From Bacteroidales bacterium (GTDB taxonomy: Bacteria; Bacteroidota; Bacteroidia; Bacteroidales; JAIPAP01): a DNA stretch of 56,865 nt. Numbering within the stretch: the stretch's first letter is position 1; each line of letters opens with the position of its first letter. The notes beneath the pieces were generated by a model, which did not search any database, was not told where the DNA came from, and was given only the letters and a program-made list of their open reading frames with translations. Positions 7,258-17,132 of the stretch are shown piece after piece. Both the position numbers and the translations under genes were made by a program. The DNA is taken from contig JAIPAP010000005.1 in the NCBI GenBank assembly GCA_021740045.1, positions 1 to 56,865 on the forward strand. Reading direction: 5' to 3'.

Positions 7258-8007
7258 ATGCGTATTTTAAAACATTTACCTAATTTTATTACCAGCCTTA
7301 ATATACTTTCGGGAATTTTTGCCATTGTAGCAGCTTTCGAAATCACACATCAGAATCACTTGGTTATGGCTGCCTATTGGATCGGGATGGCTGCTTTATT
7401 TGATTACCTGGATGGGATGGTAGCCAGGTTAGTGCGTGGAACCACCATGATAGGTGAGCAATTGGATTCGCTTGCCGATATGGTATCCTTTGGCCTGGCC
7501 CCGGGCGTTATCCTTTTTCACCTGATGCTAAAGGCGCATAACCTACCCGAGCTATACATCACCGATACCAATGTGATCCCATACATTGCCTTTATGGTAC
7601 CCGTATTCTCTGCTTTTCGCCTGGCCAAATTCAATATCGATAAAAGGCAAAGCTCCAGCTTTATTGGGTTACCCACACCGGCCAGCGCCATACTGGTGGC
7701 CTCATTACCTTTAATAATGTATCAGATCGCTATAAACCAATCGGCGACCTATGGATTTATTACCGCTTTAATTCTGAACTCAAATGTATTGATCATACTG
7801 GTTGTGGCGCTTAGTGTACTAATGGTAGTTGAATTCCCCATGTTTTCGCTTAAGTTTAAAACCTACACCTGGAAAGGAAACCAAATCCGTTACATATTTT
7901 TACTGCTATCGGCCTTATTTATTGTTTATTTCTATTTTATCGCCATACCTATGATCATCTTTCTGTACATCCTGTTTTCGGCATTTTCACCCGCCAGTCA
8001 GCGTTAA
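7258..8007 (+). CDS. pssA: CDP-diacylglycerol--serine O-phosphatidyltransferase (CDP-alcohol phosphatidyltransferase family)
   Basis: 249 aa and polytopic. It carries the CDP-alcohol phosphatidyltransferase motif DYLDGMVARLVRGTTMIGEQLDSLADMVSFG. Confidence 0.85.
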   Translation: MRILKHLPNFITSLNILSGIFAIVAAFEITHQNHLVMAAYWIGMAALFDYLDGMVARLVRGTTMIGEQLDSLADMVSFGLAPGVILFHLMLKAHNLPELYITDTNVIPYIAFMVPVFSAFRLAKFNIDKRQSSSFIGLPTPASAILVASLPLIMYQIAINQSATYGFITALILNSNVLIILVVALSVLMVVEFPMFSLKFKTYTWKGNQIRYIFLLLSALFIVYFYFIAIPMIIFLYILFSAFSPASQR

Positions 8008-8139
8008 TAATTTTTATTCGAAGCATCGGTAGAATTTTTTACCTTTGCACCGTGATATCAAAATATATCAATGGGTTCCATATAAAGATAATCTTCAAAA
8101 ACGGTTTTAAACAATTTATAAAATCATTATCTTTATGGA

Positions 8140-9561
8140 ATGCAAATTGGGGAATATAGTAGTGTTATGAAGCATCTTTTACGAAGTACTTTATTCGTAT
8201 TCTTTTTATTTATTTTTTCCTTTTCGGAGGATAATGCCGGTAGTGAGTGGGATTCGAGCATTGATTTGCTTTCGATTGATGAAAAGGAACAGGTAAGAAC
8301 CCTATTGCTTAAAGATAAGCATGCTGAGCTGGATTCATTAATGCAGAACTACCATAAACGATACCGGTTTCACGGTAATATTCTGGTAGCTCGTAATGGT
8401 TTACCCTTTTTTCATGAATCATACGGTTTAGCCAACCAATATAATGACAAGCCGCTGGATACCAACCACATATTCCAGGTAGCCTCCATTAGCAAGCAAT
8501 TCACAGCAATGGCCATAATGATCCTGAAAGAACGGGACTTGCTCAGTTATAATGATACGGTTAACGAATACATTCACAATATTCCCTATGAGCGGATCAC
8601 GGTTAAGCAATTACTAAATCATACCAGTGGATTGCCCAATTATATGTGGGTATTGGAGCACCACTGGGATAAAAAGCAAAAGCCTTATAATGATGATATA
8701 TTGCGACTAATGGCCGAACAGGATCTACCCCTATATTTCCGGCCCGGTCGCCGGTATGACTATTCCAATACCGGTTACATATATCTTGCTGCCATAGTTG
8801 AAGCGGTTAGCGGTAAAAAATTTCCCGATTTCGTCAGGGAAAATATTTTTAAGCCGTTAGATATGAATAATTCATTTGTATACAGTGCAGCGCTTGACAA
8901 TGATTATCCCGAGAAGGTTGATGGTTATTACCGCCGCTGGCGCCGCTTTTATAAAATTGAAGAATCGGTGCATGATGGAGTGGTAGGAGATAAAAATGTT
9001 TATTCAACCACGGGTGACCTGTTTAAGTGGGACCAGGCCTTGTATACCAATAAACTGGTTTCCAAAGAAACTCTTGAAGAAGCATTTACCCCATTAAAGC
9101 TTCGTAACCGGTATGAAATCCCCTATGGGTTCGGGTTCAGGATAAAAGAGCGTTATGGCAATAAAGTGGTTTACCACAACGGATTATGGGAAGGCTTCCG
9201 CTTGAATTTTGCCCGTTATACCGATGATCGGCATACAGTGATCTTATTAAACAACACCGATATCCGCATCAATAACTACATTGCCCGTAGATTGGAGCGC
9301 ATCTTATTTAAGAATGACGATATTTACACCAACACGGAATCATTGGCGATGATATCCCTGGAAGAAAGCCTGGGCGAAGCGCTCGATCATTATTACCTAA
9401 TGAAAGAAAAAACAGGGGATTATAAAGTCAATGGTGAAGCGCTAAAGCGGGCTGCCAAATATCTGGAACGTATTGATCATCCGGAAAAAGCTTTTAGGAT
9501 GAATAAGCTTTATGAGGCGGTAAATGGTGTTGAAAAAGAACAATTAGCTTCAAAGCCGTAA
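8140..9561 (+). CDS. Secreted serine hydrolase, beta-lactamase/PBP4*-like (class C beta-lactamase fold) family
   Basis: 473 aa with an N-terminal hydrophobic signal. It has an SxxK motif (VASISKQF) and a YSNTGY motif typical of AmpC-like serine hydrolases. The start may be Met10 (8167). Confidence 0.8.
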   Translation: MQIGEYSSVMKHLLRSTLFVFFLFIFSFSEDNAGSEWDSSIDLLSIDEKEQVRTLLLKDKHAELDSLMQNYHKRYRFHGNILVARNGLPFFHESYGLANQYNDKPLDTNHIFQVASISKQFTAMAIMILKERDLLSYNDTVNEYIHNIPYERITVKQLLNHTSGLPNYMWVLEHHWDKKQKPYNDDILRLMAEQDLPLYFRPGRRYDYSNTGYIYLAAIVEAVSGKKFPDFVRENIFKPLDMNNSFVYSAALDNDYPEKVDGYYRRWRRFYKIEESVHDGVVGDKNVYSTTGDLFKWDQALYTNKLVSKETLEEAFTPLKLRNRYEIPYGFGFRIKERYGNKVVYHNGLWEGFRLNFARYTDDRHTVILLNNTDIRINNYIARRLERILFKNDDIYTNTESLAMISLEESLGEALDHYYLMKEKTGDYKVNGEALKRAAKYLERIDHPEKAFRMNKLYEAVNGVEKEQLASKP

Positions 9562-9586
9562 ATCGAGAAATCTCACTATATATTCC

Positions 9587-10312
9587 TTACCGGCGAAGCT
9601 CAAATTTCTCACCCAGGTACAATTTCCTTACCTGCTCATCATTGGCCAGTTCATCGGAAGTGCCATCCTTGAGCACTGATCCTTCGAAAAGCAAATAGGA
9701 ACGGTCGGTAATCGATAAGGTTTCATGCACATTATGGTCGGTAATTAAAACCCCGATATTTCGCTCCTTCAATTGGCTAACAATGTTCTGGATGTCTTCC
9801 ACGGCAATAGGGTCTACGCCGGCAAAGGGTTCATCGAGCAAAATGAACTTGGGATCAACGGCCAGGGCACGGGCTATTTCTGTTCTTCGGCGCTCACCTC
9901 CCGAAAGGGTTATGCCTTTACTTTTGCGTACATGCTCCAGGCCAAATTCCTGGACCAGGCCTTCGAGCCGTTCTTCGCGTTCCTCTTTTGAATAAGCGCT
10001 GAATTCCATCACCGCCCTCAAATTATCCTCTACACTCAATTTGCGAAAAACCGAGGCTTCCTGGGCCAGATAACCTATACCACGCTGTGCCCTTCTATAC
10101 ATTGGCTCGTCGGTGATCTCCATTTTATCAAGATACACTTTACCTGTGAAAGGCTTTATCAATCCAACGATCATGTAAAACGAAGTAGTTTTGCCCGCCC
10201 CATTGGGTCCTAGTAATCCGACTATTTCACCTTGCTCAACGGAAAGGCTTACATGGTTAACAACCGTACGTTGCCGGTATTTTTTAACAAGATCTTTTGT
10301 AGTTAAACGCAT
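9587..10312 (-). CDS. lptB: LPS export ABC transporter ATP-binding protein LptB
   Basis: 241 aa. Walker [10 protein letters not shown], signature LSGGERRR, Walker [12 protein letters not shown]. The size and the C-terminal LYLGEKF motif are typical of LptB. Confidence 0.9.
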   Translation of the reverse strand: MRLTTKDLVKKYRQRTVVNHVSLSVEQGEIVGLLGPNGAGKTTSFYMIVGLIKPFTGKVYLDKMEITDEPMYRRAQRGIGYLAQEASVFRKLSVEDNLRAVMEFSAYSKEEREERLEGLVQEFGLEHVRKSKGITLSGGERRRTEIARALAVDPKFILLDEPFAGVDPIAVEDIQNIVSQLKERNIGVLITDHNVHETLSITDRSYLLFEGSVLKDGTSDELANDEQVRKLYLGEKFELRR

Positions 10313-10369
10313 AATTTTATAACGGTAAAAACCTGTTTTAATGTACTTTCCGGAATAAAAACTAAGGTG

Positions 10370-10726
10370 TTATTCCGTGGCAGCATCCTGTTCCATCTCC
10401 TCCCAAAATTCCACAGCTCTTCTGGTATGAGGAATTACGATGGTGCCACCCACCAGATTAGCAACTGAAAGGATCTCAAAAAACTCCTCTTTGGTAACGC
10501 CAAGTTCGAAGCATTTGGTGAGGTGATAAAAAACACAATCATCACACTTAAGCACCAGGGATGTGGCCAATCCCAGCATCTCCTTCACTTTTGCCGTGAG
10601 GGCGCCATCCATGTAGGTATTGGTATCGAGATTAAAAATGCGCTTTATCACTTTATTATCGCCGGCTAAAATGCGTTCATTCATCCGGTCGCGGTATTGC
10701 GAAAATTCTTCAACTAGCTTTCCCAT
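10370..10726 (-). CDS. Carboxymuconolactone decarboxylase (AhpD-like) family protein
   Basis: 118 aa, all-helical, with a CxxC motif inside LVLKCDDCVFYHL, which is characteristic of the AhpD/CMD fold. Confidence 0.75.
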   Translation of the reverse strand: MGKLVEEFSQYRDRMNERILAGDNKVIKRIFNLDTNTYMDGALTAKVKEMLGLATSLVLKCDDCVFYHLTKCFELGVTKEEFFEILSVANLVGGTIVIPHTRRAVEFWEEMEQDAATE

Positions 10727-10743
10727 AATTGGTGATCATTTTT

Positions 10744-11706
10744 TTACAATATGCCTTCCTTTAAAATATCGTGCAGATGGATAACTCCAACATATACATC
10801 GTTATTGGTTACCAGCAATTGCGTAATGCTACGGCTGCGCATCATGTCGAGTGCATCGGAAACCAGGGTGTCGCTTGCAATTGTCTTAGGACTGGGTGTC
10901 ATAACATCCCGGGCTTTAACATTGTCGAGGCGCTCGCTCCGCTGTAACATACGCCTTAAATCCCCATCGGTGATAATTCCTACCAGCTCATCTTCCTTCA
11001 TAACGGCGGTAGCTCCCAGGCGTTTGGATGAAATTTCGAATATGGTGTGCTTCAAATCGTCCTCCGCATCTACTTTGGGTACTTCATTATGCACATAGAG
11101 ATCGGAAACTTTCATATAAAGCTTCTTTCCCAAAGCTCCGCCGGGATGGAATTTTGCAAAATCCTTTGAGGAAAATCCCCGGCACTCGAGCAAGCTAACA
11201 GCAAGGGCATCACCCATTACCAACTGAGCAGTAGTGCTTGAAGTTGGGGCCAGGTTATTGGGGCAGGCTTCACGGCTCACTGTCGTGTCAATAGTGTAAT
11301 CGGATTGTTTTGCCAGGTATGAGTCCCGGTTACCAATCATCCCAACAAGCGTATTTCCCCTAAGCTTGAGGAAGGGAACCAACACCTTTATTTCCGGAGA
11401 ATTTCCACTCTTCGATAGGCAAAGAACCACATCATCTTGCTCTACCATACCCAAGTCACCATGCACTGCATCGGCGGCATGCATAAAAACCGAGGGCGTA
11501 CCGGTTGAGTTAAGCGTTGCCACTATCTTGTTGGCTATGGTGGCACTTTTTCCTATCCCTGTTACGATAACCCGTCCATTGCTGTTGAGAATCAAACGGA
11601 CCACCTTAATAAAATCATCGTTCACCGATTTTCGCAGGCTTTTAATGGCCTGTTGCTCTTCGTCGATGGTTCGGGTCGCTATTTTACGTATTTCCTGATC
11701 AGTCAT
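10744..11706 (-). CDS. KpsF/GutQ-family arabinose-5-phosphate isomerase (SIS domain plus tandem CBS domains)
   Basis: 320 aa. SIS motif VIVTGIGKSATIANKIVATLNSTGTPS. C-terminal CBS pair (VMTPSPKTI..., ITQLLV...). Adjacent to lptB. Confidence 0.9.
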   Translation of the reverse strand: MTDQEIRKIATRTIDEEQQAIKSLRKSVNDDFIKVVRLILNSNGRVIVTGIGKSATIANKIVATLNSTGTPSVFMHAADAVHGDLGMVEQDDVVLCLSKSGNSPEIKVLVPFLKLRGNTLVGMIGNRDSYLAKQSDYTIDTTVSREACPNNLAPTSSTTAQLVMGDALAVSLLECRGFSSKDFAKFHPGGALGKKLYMKVSDLYVHNEVPKVDAEDDLKHTIFEISSKRLGATAVMKEDELVGIITDGDLRRMLQRSERLDNVKARDVMTPSPKTIASDTLVSDALDMMRSRSITQLLVTNNDVYVGVIHLHDILKEGIL

Positions 11707-12180
11707 TTGCTGTTATTTCAGCTTTGCAATTTTTTTTGCAAAGATACAATAATGATATGGGCTTGATTCCACCTTTATCAGGCTTATATTATGAAGGCCC
11801 AACAACCAGTTTAATCCCCGGTAATACCAGCGTCACCATATATGAATCCCCACAACAGCAAAGTATTTTGCCTATTTAGGAGAATCTTACGTTCATAATC
11901 AACTTACTGACTTCAAATTTGTTATAAATAAGTAAATGGGGGCTTGAAAATTATATAAGGTTATCAAATAAAAAAAACATAATTTTCGTTGAACCATTTG
12001 GGTTTTTAAGCGTACCGGATTTTTAAATCATTGATATGAATGTTTTAATAAAAAAAGTTATCGTTTTTTCGTTACTTTTATGTATCTTTATAAGTAATAA
12101 TGGGTAAACCCCCTTTAATTTAAAAACAGAATAAATTGGAGAGTGCCAGTAAATAAGCTATTAAATTGGATCAAATATTA

Positions 12181-12188
12181 TAAATTTG
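12181..12188 (+). promoter_or_regulatory. Candidate -7 promoter box TAaaTTTG upstream of recQ
   Basis: taaatttg matches TAnnTTTG. It lies about 90 nt upstream of the recQ start. Confidence 0.25.
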
Positions 12189-12276
12189 TGAGTGGGGGTA
12201 TACTAAATAAAATAGATAACATTAGATCAGAAGATAGCAGAAGCGATCTGGCAATTAATCATAAGGGGAGATAGCA

Positions 12277-14490
12277 ATGAGAGAAGCAATGACGATCAAG
12301 GAAGATTACTCTCTTCATACTCTGCTAAAAAAAATATTTGGATTCGATAGTTTCAAGGGAAACCAGGAAACCATTATCAGAAGCGTTCTGGAAGGCCGGG
12401 ATACATTTGTGATAATGCCTACCGGTGGTGGTAAATCAATGTGTTACCAACTGCCGGCCCTTATTGGTAAAGGCACCGGTATAATTATCTCACCCTTGAT
12501 TGCTTTAATGAAAAATCAGGTGGATAATATCCGCAATTTTGGTTCCGATAAGGGGATAGCGCATTTTTTAAATTCATCCTTAACCAAAGCAGAGATACAA
12601 GAAGTGAAGGAAGATTTGATGAGCGGTAAAACCAAGTTGCTTTATGTAGCACCGGAATCGCTCACCAAAGAGGATAACGTTAACTTTTTAAGAAATATCG
12701 ACATTTCATTTTATGCCATTGATGAAGCCCATTGTATTTCGGAGTGGGGGCATGACTTCCGCCCGGAATACCGCCGCATAAGGCCAATCATCGATCATAT
12801 AGGTCAAAATGTGCCGTTAATTGCCCTAACGGCAACAGCCACGCCTAAGGTTCAGCAGGACATTCAAAAGAACCTAAAGATACAGGAAGCCAATGTTTTC
12901 AAATCTTCATTTAACCGTCCTAATCTTTATTACGAGGTAAGGCCTAAAACCAAGGATGTTGTTAAAGATATTATTAAGTATATCAAGCAGCATAATGGCA
13001 AATCGGGTATTGTGTATTGCCTGAGTCGTAAGAAGGTAGAAGAGCTTGCCGAAACCCTGGTTGTTAACGGCATTAAAGCTGCGCCTTATCATGCCGGTTT
13101 GGATGCGGCAACCCGTAAAGGTAACCAGGATAAGTTCCTGATGGAAGAAGCGGATGTAATTGTGGCAACCATTGCCTTCGGTATGGGCATTGATAAGCCC
13201 GATGTGCGTTTTGTGATTCATCACGATATGCCCAAGAGCCTCGAAGGCTACTACCAGGAAACAGGCCGCAGTGGCCGTGATGACGGGGAAGGAAACTGTA
13301 TCGCTTTTTATCATTATGATGACATCCAGAAGTTGGAGAAATTCATGAAGAACAAGCCGGTTGCCGAGCAGGAAATTGCCAAGCAACTGTTGCAGGAGAC
13401 CATTTCCTATGCCGAATCGGCTGTTTGCCGCCGAAAACAATTGCTGCACTATTTTGGCGAGGTTTACGAAAATGAGAACTGCGGCAATTGCGATAACTGC
13501 CTGCACCCGAAAGAGCAATTCGAAGGCAAGGAATATGTAAAACAAGTGATTGAAACTGTTCAGGCTGTTAAGCAGATATTTAAGATCAATCATGTGGTGA
13601 ATGTATTGGTAGGGAAGAACAACGCTACCATAAAATCGATGAAGCACCACCAGCTTAAGCAATTCGGCATAGGCGCCGGGCATGATGAAAAATTCTGGCA
13701 GGCCGTTGTGCGTCAGGCGCTGATAAAGCGTTTACTGGTGAAAGATATTGAAAATTATGGCCTGCTTAAGGTTAGCGAAGAAGGTGAAAAATTCCTGAAA
13801 GAACCCTTCTCCATTAAGCTGACCAAGGACCATGATTATGACGATACCGAATCGGATGAATACCCCGGTGGAAATGGTGGGGCCAAAACCAGCACAGCCG
13901 ATAAAACCTTATTTGCGTTGCTGAAAGACCTGCGGAAAGAAATCTCCCGTAAGGAAAACCTGCCGCCGTTTGTGATCTTCCAGGATCCTTCCCTGGAAGA
14001 TATGGCCATACAATACCCCGTGAATATGGAAGAGATGAAACATATCACCGGTGTGGGGGCGGGTAAAGCCCGTAAATACGGCAAGCCTTTTGCCGATCTG
14101 ATTAGCAATTATGTTGAGGAAAATGACATAATGCGCCCCAATGATATGGTGGTGAAATCGGTGGTGAATAAATCGGGTTTAAAGGTTTATGTGATTCATA
14201 ACGTAGACCGCAAAATACCACTCGAAGACATTGCCTATGCTAAAAGCATGGAAGTAAGTGAGTTGCTCTCCGAAATGGAACGCATCGTTTCATCAGGAAC
14301 CAAGCTCGATTTAAATTATTATGTTGATGAGTATGTTGATACCTATCACCAGGAAGAAATCGAAGAATACTTCCGCGAAGCAGAAACCGACTCGGTGGAA
14401 GAGGCCCTTGAAGAATTGGGTGATGATGAATTTACCGAAGAAGAGATCCGGTTAATGCGGATTAAATTTATGTCGGAATACGGAAATTAA
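12277..14490 (+). CDS. recQ: ATP-dependent DNA helicase RecQ
   Basis: 737 aa. Motif I PTGGGKS and DEAH box (AIDEAHCISEWGHDFRPEY). RecQ Zn-binding Cys cluster (CRRKQLLHYFGE...CGNCDNC). C-terminal HRDC-like region. The start may be Met5 (12289). Confidence 0.95.
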   Translation: MREAMTIKEDYSLHTLLKKIFGFDSFKGNQETIIRSVLEGRDTFVIMPTGGGKSMCYQLPALIGKGTGIIISPLIALMKNQVDNIRNFGSDKGIAHFLNSSLTKAEIQEVKEDLMSGKTKLLYVAPESLTKEDNVNFLRNIDISFYAIDEAHCISEWGHDFRPEYRRIRPIIDHIGQNVPLIALTATATPKVQQDIQKNLKIQEANVFKSSFNRPNLYYEVRPKTKDVVKDIIKYIKQHNGKSGIVYCLSRKKVEELAETLVVNGIKAAPYHAGLDAATRKGNQDKFLMEEADVIVATIAFGMGIDKPDVRFVIHHDMPKSLEGYYQETGRSGRDDGEGNCIAFYHYDDIQKLEKFMKNKPVAEQEIAKQLLQETISYAESAVCRRKQLLHYFGEVYENENCGNCDNCLHPKEQFEGKEYVKQVIETVQAVKQIFKINHVVNVLVGKNNATIKSMKHHQLKQFGIGAGHDEKFWQAVVRQALIKRLLVKDIENYGLLKVSEEGEKFLKEPFSIKLTKDHDYDDTESDEYPGGNGGAKTSTADKTLFALLKDLRKEISRKENLPPFVIFQDPSLEDMAIQYPVNMEEMKHITGVGAGKARKYGKPFADLISNYVEENDIMRPNDMVVKSVVNKSGLKVYVIHNVDRKIPLEDIAYAKSMEVSELLSEMERIVSSGTKLDLNYYVDEYVDTYHQEEIEEYFREAETDSVEEALEELGDDEFTEEEIRLMRIKFMSEYGN

Positions 14491-14519
14491 TTTTGTAAGT
14501 AAAAAACATATTTTTGCAG

Positions 14520-14557
14520 CCTGTTATGACAATATCTTCATAACAGGTTTATTTTTT
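14520..14557 (+). terminator. Rho-independent terminator after recQ
   Basis: A perfect 10-bp stem, cctgttatga (14520-14529) with tcataacagg (14538-14547), is followed by tttatttttt. Confidence 0.65.
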
Positions 14558-14617
14558 CCTAAGTTAAGCGATTTGAATCACGACTAATCGGGAAAAAAAT
14601 CGCTTTACTTAGGTATA

Positions 14618-14722
14618 ATCCCGTCCCGAAGGTTTTCGGGATAGAAATTGTTGCTTTTCACCGAATGGGTGAGGTGAAAAGCTTACAATTTCTTTATCGT
14701 GAGCGAGAATCGCTCAATTTGG
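14618..14722. repeat. Two-hairpin intergenic repeat element, copy A (long form with an extra internal hairpin)
   Basis: Module 1 is atcccgtcccgaaggttttcgggat (stem tcccgaa/ttcggga). Module 2 is gtgagcgagaatcgctcaatttgg (stem gagcga/tcgctc). Both modules recur at 32536-32597. Copy A carries an inserted hairpin between them, aaattgttgcttttcacc...ggtgaaaagcttacaattt. Confidence 0.55.
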
Positions 14723-14753
14723 ATTTTTATTAATTAAATCAAACATACAGCAT

Positions 14754-15368
14754 ATGGATAAGCCGGGAAAAATTGCACTTTTTATTAGCCTTATTGCTTT
14801 GGTGGCTGTTGCAGTGGTGGTTGTACTATTTTTCACCGCAACCGATAAAGGAAAAACAGAGGAACCCGTTCAGGAACAAACCAAGGCCAATACTGTTAAC
14901 ACCGAATCGTTGTCGATAGCCTATATCAATACCGACACCTTACTGTCCGAATACCAATTGGCCAATGATATGATGGAGAAGCTCCGTAAGCGCCATAGCG
15001 ATCTTCAAAAAAAGATACAGGAAAAACAAAAAACTTTCGATAGCGATGCCGCTTATTTCCAGCAACGGGTTAAAAATAACGAGCTATCGGAACAAAGTGC
15101 CCAGATCATTTATAATGAATTGCTAAAAGAACAAGCCAAAATCGATTCACTGCGTTCGGTTTATAGCAATCAACTGGCTAATGAGGAATTCCAATTGAAC
15201 CAGGAACTCCTCGATACGGTGACCAATTTCCTGAACCGCTATAACAAGGTGAGCCGCTGGGATTACATCCTGCAATACAGGAAAGGCGGTAGCATTTTTG
15301 TAGCGCCCGAGTCGATGAACATCACCAATGATGTTTTAAAGAAGCTCAATGAAGAATATGAAAAGTAA
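14754..15368 (+). CDS. OmpH/Skp-family periplasmic chaperone
   Basis: 204 aa. N-terminal anchor or signal, then a long coiled-coil-like K/E/Q-rich body. The context is typical of Bacteroidota OmpH paralogues. Confidence 0.75.
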   Translation: MDKPGKIALFISLIALVAVAVVVVLFFTATDKGKTEEPVQEQTKANTVNTESLSIAYINTDTLLSEYQLANDMMEKLRKRHSDLQKKIQEKQKTFDSDAAYFQQRVKNNELSEQSAQIIYNELLKEQAKIDSLRSVYSNQLANEEFQLNQELLDTVTNFLNRYNKVSRWDYILQYRKGGSIFVAPESMNITNDVLKKLNEEYEK

Positions 15369-15732
15369 GATGAATAAACTATTATTTATCCTCATAATCG
15401 GGTTTGCGATCGCCGGATGCAGCAATGAAAACAAGGAGGGTTTTCAATCGGCGCCTCCGGGGATCATTTCACGCGACAGCATGGTTGATGTATTGGTAGA
15501 TATCCAATTAGTGGAATCGGCCCTTAAGGTAAAACATCGCCGCGTTGATCAAGCGCAGTATTATGCCCGCATTTATTATGATTCTATTTTTAAAAAGCAC
15601 CATATCACCTATCCTAAGTTCGACTCAAGCCTTAAATACTATCAGCAGCATGAATTAAAAGAGCTGGAAGCCATTTACGAAGATGTGATCGAAAGGCTTA
15701 ATAAAATGAAAGGGCGCATTAAGTCCGAATAA
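15349..15732 (+). CDS. DUF4296-like lipoprotein
   Basis: 127 aa. Lipobox FAIAG-C. The core SRDSMVDVLVDIQLVESALK...YYARIYYDSIFKKH resembles DUF4296 proteins. It overlaps the previous gene by 20 nt, so the start could be 15370. Confidence 0.6.
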   Translation: MKNMKSKMNKLLFILIIGFAIAGCSNENKEGFQSAPPGIISRDSMVDVLVDIQLVESALKVKHRRVDQAQYYARIYYDSIFKKHHITYPKFDSSLKYYQQHELKELEAIYEDVIERLNKMKGRIKSE

Positions 15733-15745
15733 CCGAAATAAAAAT

Positions 15746-16186
15746 TTATTGTAAGGTAGCTGTGGCCGTATAACTTTGGGCATCGCCCCCAACTACTATG
15801 GTGTATTCCCATTCCATCTTATCAGCATCAACAAGCCTTCCTGTGGCATCTTCAAGTTGCCATCCATCACCTATGGTTTGATCGGGGATAGAAATCCTTG
15901 ACTCGGTAACATAGCCATACGGAGGTTCATAGTCTTCGCCTGTGTTACCGAAGTTTTCCAACAAGACCCGTGCACTATTACCGGGATCAACCTTAATTTC
16001 AACCGTATAATATACCAATTCGCTTTTGGTAGCTTCATCTTCATCAAACAGCCATGAACCAAGGAATTTATCACGAGCATCTTCATCGTTACCATTGGGG
16101 TTAACCAGATCATCCTCTGTACATCCCGGCTGTATGAATATTGTTATTAGTGCAACCAGTAAAACAAACAATGAATACTTCTTCAT
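15746..16186 (-). CDS. Small acidic lipoprotein, function unknown (lipocalin-like size)
   Basis: 146 aa. Signal peptide with lipobox IQPG-C. Asp/Glu-rich and predicted all-beta. Confidence 0.6.
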   Translation of the reverse strand: MKKYSLFVLLVALITIFIQPGCTEDDLVNPNGNDEDARDKFLGSWLFDEDEATKSELVYYTVEIKVDPGNSARVLLENFGNTGEDYEPPYGYVTESRISIPDQTIGDGWQLEDATGRLVDADKMEWEYTIVVGGDAQSYTATATLQ

Positions 16187-16269
16187 AATAATTAGGTGTT
16201 TGTGGATACAAAATTATGATGTTTCACCAACCAACTAACATGCCTAAAACTAATTATAAGCTATAAAAA

Positions 16270-16305
16270 AACCCCGCAGGCATTTCATCTTGCAGGGTTT
16301 TTTAT
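16270..16305 (-). terminator. Rho-independent terminator for the T9SS thioredoxin-like gene; the hairpin is usable on both strands
   Basis: The sequence is aaaaaaaccccgcagg-catttcat-cttgcagggtttttt. The stem is about 10 bp with one mismatch and is flanked by an A-run and a T-run. Confidence 0.55.
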
Positions 16306-16325
16306 CGAGTATTTGCGCTATGAAA

Positions 16326-17132
16326 TTATTGAACTATGAGTTTTGAAGCATCAATCACCTGTCCGTCGGCTCTAAGGTTAATAAAATAAGAGCCTTTTGC
16401 CAGCTCATCAATTTGAATATTTTCCAAATGCCGGCCTGCTCCCATTACACCTTTGTTACGAATGGCGACGCGGTTTCCGATAATATCGAAAATCTCGATC
16501 ATAATATTCTGGCGTGTGCTGATTTCATAATCAATCCGAACGTGTTCCACTGCGGGGTTGGGATAAACCGATTTGATGCGGTTACTGAGTTGAGCCGTTG
16601 TCTCTTCCAGCCCAACCGGATAACAAGGATTCCAGATTCCGCCATTGGCTTCCAGATAGCTATTAATAGTATCATTGGAAGGCGGCCAAATGTACTGTTT
16701 GATAATGGAGTGATCGGGCGAAACCAATACAACCGTGGGATAAGAAGCTATCTGCCATGAATTGATTACCTTGTCACCGCCACCGTCATAGCCGGAAGCT
16801 GCAGGGAACTCAATGCCAAAATCCTCGTTAAACTGGGCTAATTGAGAATTACTGGCACCGAAATTCACACCCAGAAAAAACACATTTTCTTCGTTACATC
16901 CGTAATCAAGGTAAGATTGATTGATTTCGGGAGCATATGTTTGGCATCCACCGCATGTGGTGGTATAGAAATTGATCAATACCATATTCCCCTCGTCGAG
17001 AATTTCAAACAGTTCATGAATGTTGCCTTCAAGGTCTTTCACCGTAAAGTTCTTGGCCGTATCCAAGGGCGTTTGGGCCGATAAGGTGATTGTAAAAAAT
17101 GCGATTAAAATCAGTGTAAAAAGCCTTTTCAT
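16326..17132 (-). CDS. Thioredoxin-fold (TlpA/redoxin-like) protein with a T9SS type-A C-terminal sorting domain
   Basis: 268 aa with a signal peptide. Thioredoxin-like motif NFYTTTCGGCQTYAPE (CGGC). The last ~80 aa (VYPNPAVEHVRIDY...GSYFINLRADGQVIDASKLIVQ) look like a Por/T9SS sorting domain. Confidence 0.75.
   Translation of the reverse strand: MKRLFTLILIAFFTITLSAQTPLDTAKNFTVKDLEGNIHELFEILDEGNMVLINFYTTTCGGCQTYAPEINQSYLDYGCNEENVFFLGVNFGASNSQLAQFNEDFGIEFPAASGYDGGGDKVINSWQIASYPTVVLVSPDHSIIKQYIWPPSNDTINSYLEANGGIWNPCYPVGLEETTAQLSNRIKSVYPNPAVEHVRIDYEISTRQNIMIEIFDIIGNRVAIRNKGVMGAGRHLENIQIDELAKGSYFINLRADGQVIDASKLIVQ

Noticed and set aside
12036-12107. A 23-aa hydrophobic mini-ORF (MNVLIKKVIVFSLLLCIFISNNG) in the 570-bp spacer upstream of recQ.
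   Set aside because: Such an ORF is expected by chance in AT-rich sequence. I could see no supporting RBS, conservation or partner gene.
12907-13683. A 258-aa minus-strand ORF lies inside recQ. Similar long antisense or out-of-frame ORFs occur at 860..1348, 31442..31903, 34579..34986, 46791..47270 and 54469..55284.
   Set aside because: All lie entirely within genes that have strong family motifs on the other strand or frame. Their products are low-complexity or hydrophobic nonsense with no motifs. They are typical shadow ORFs.
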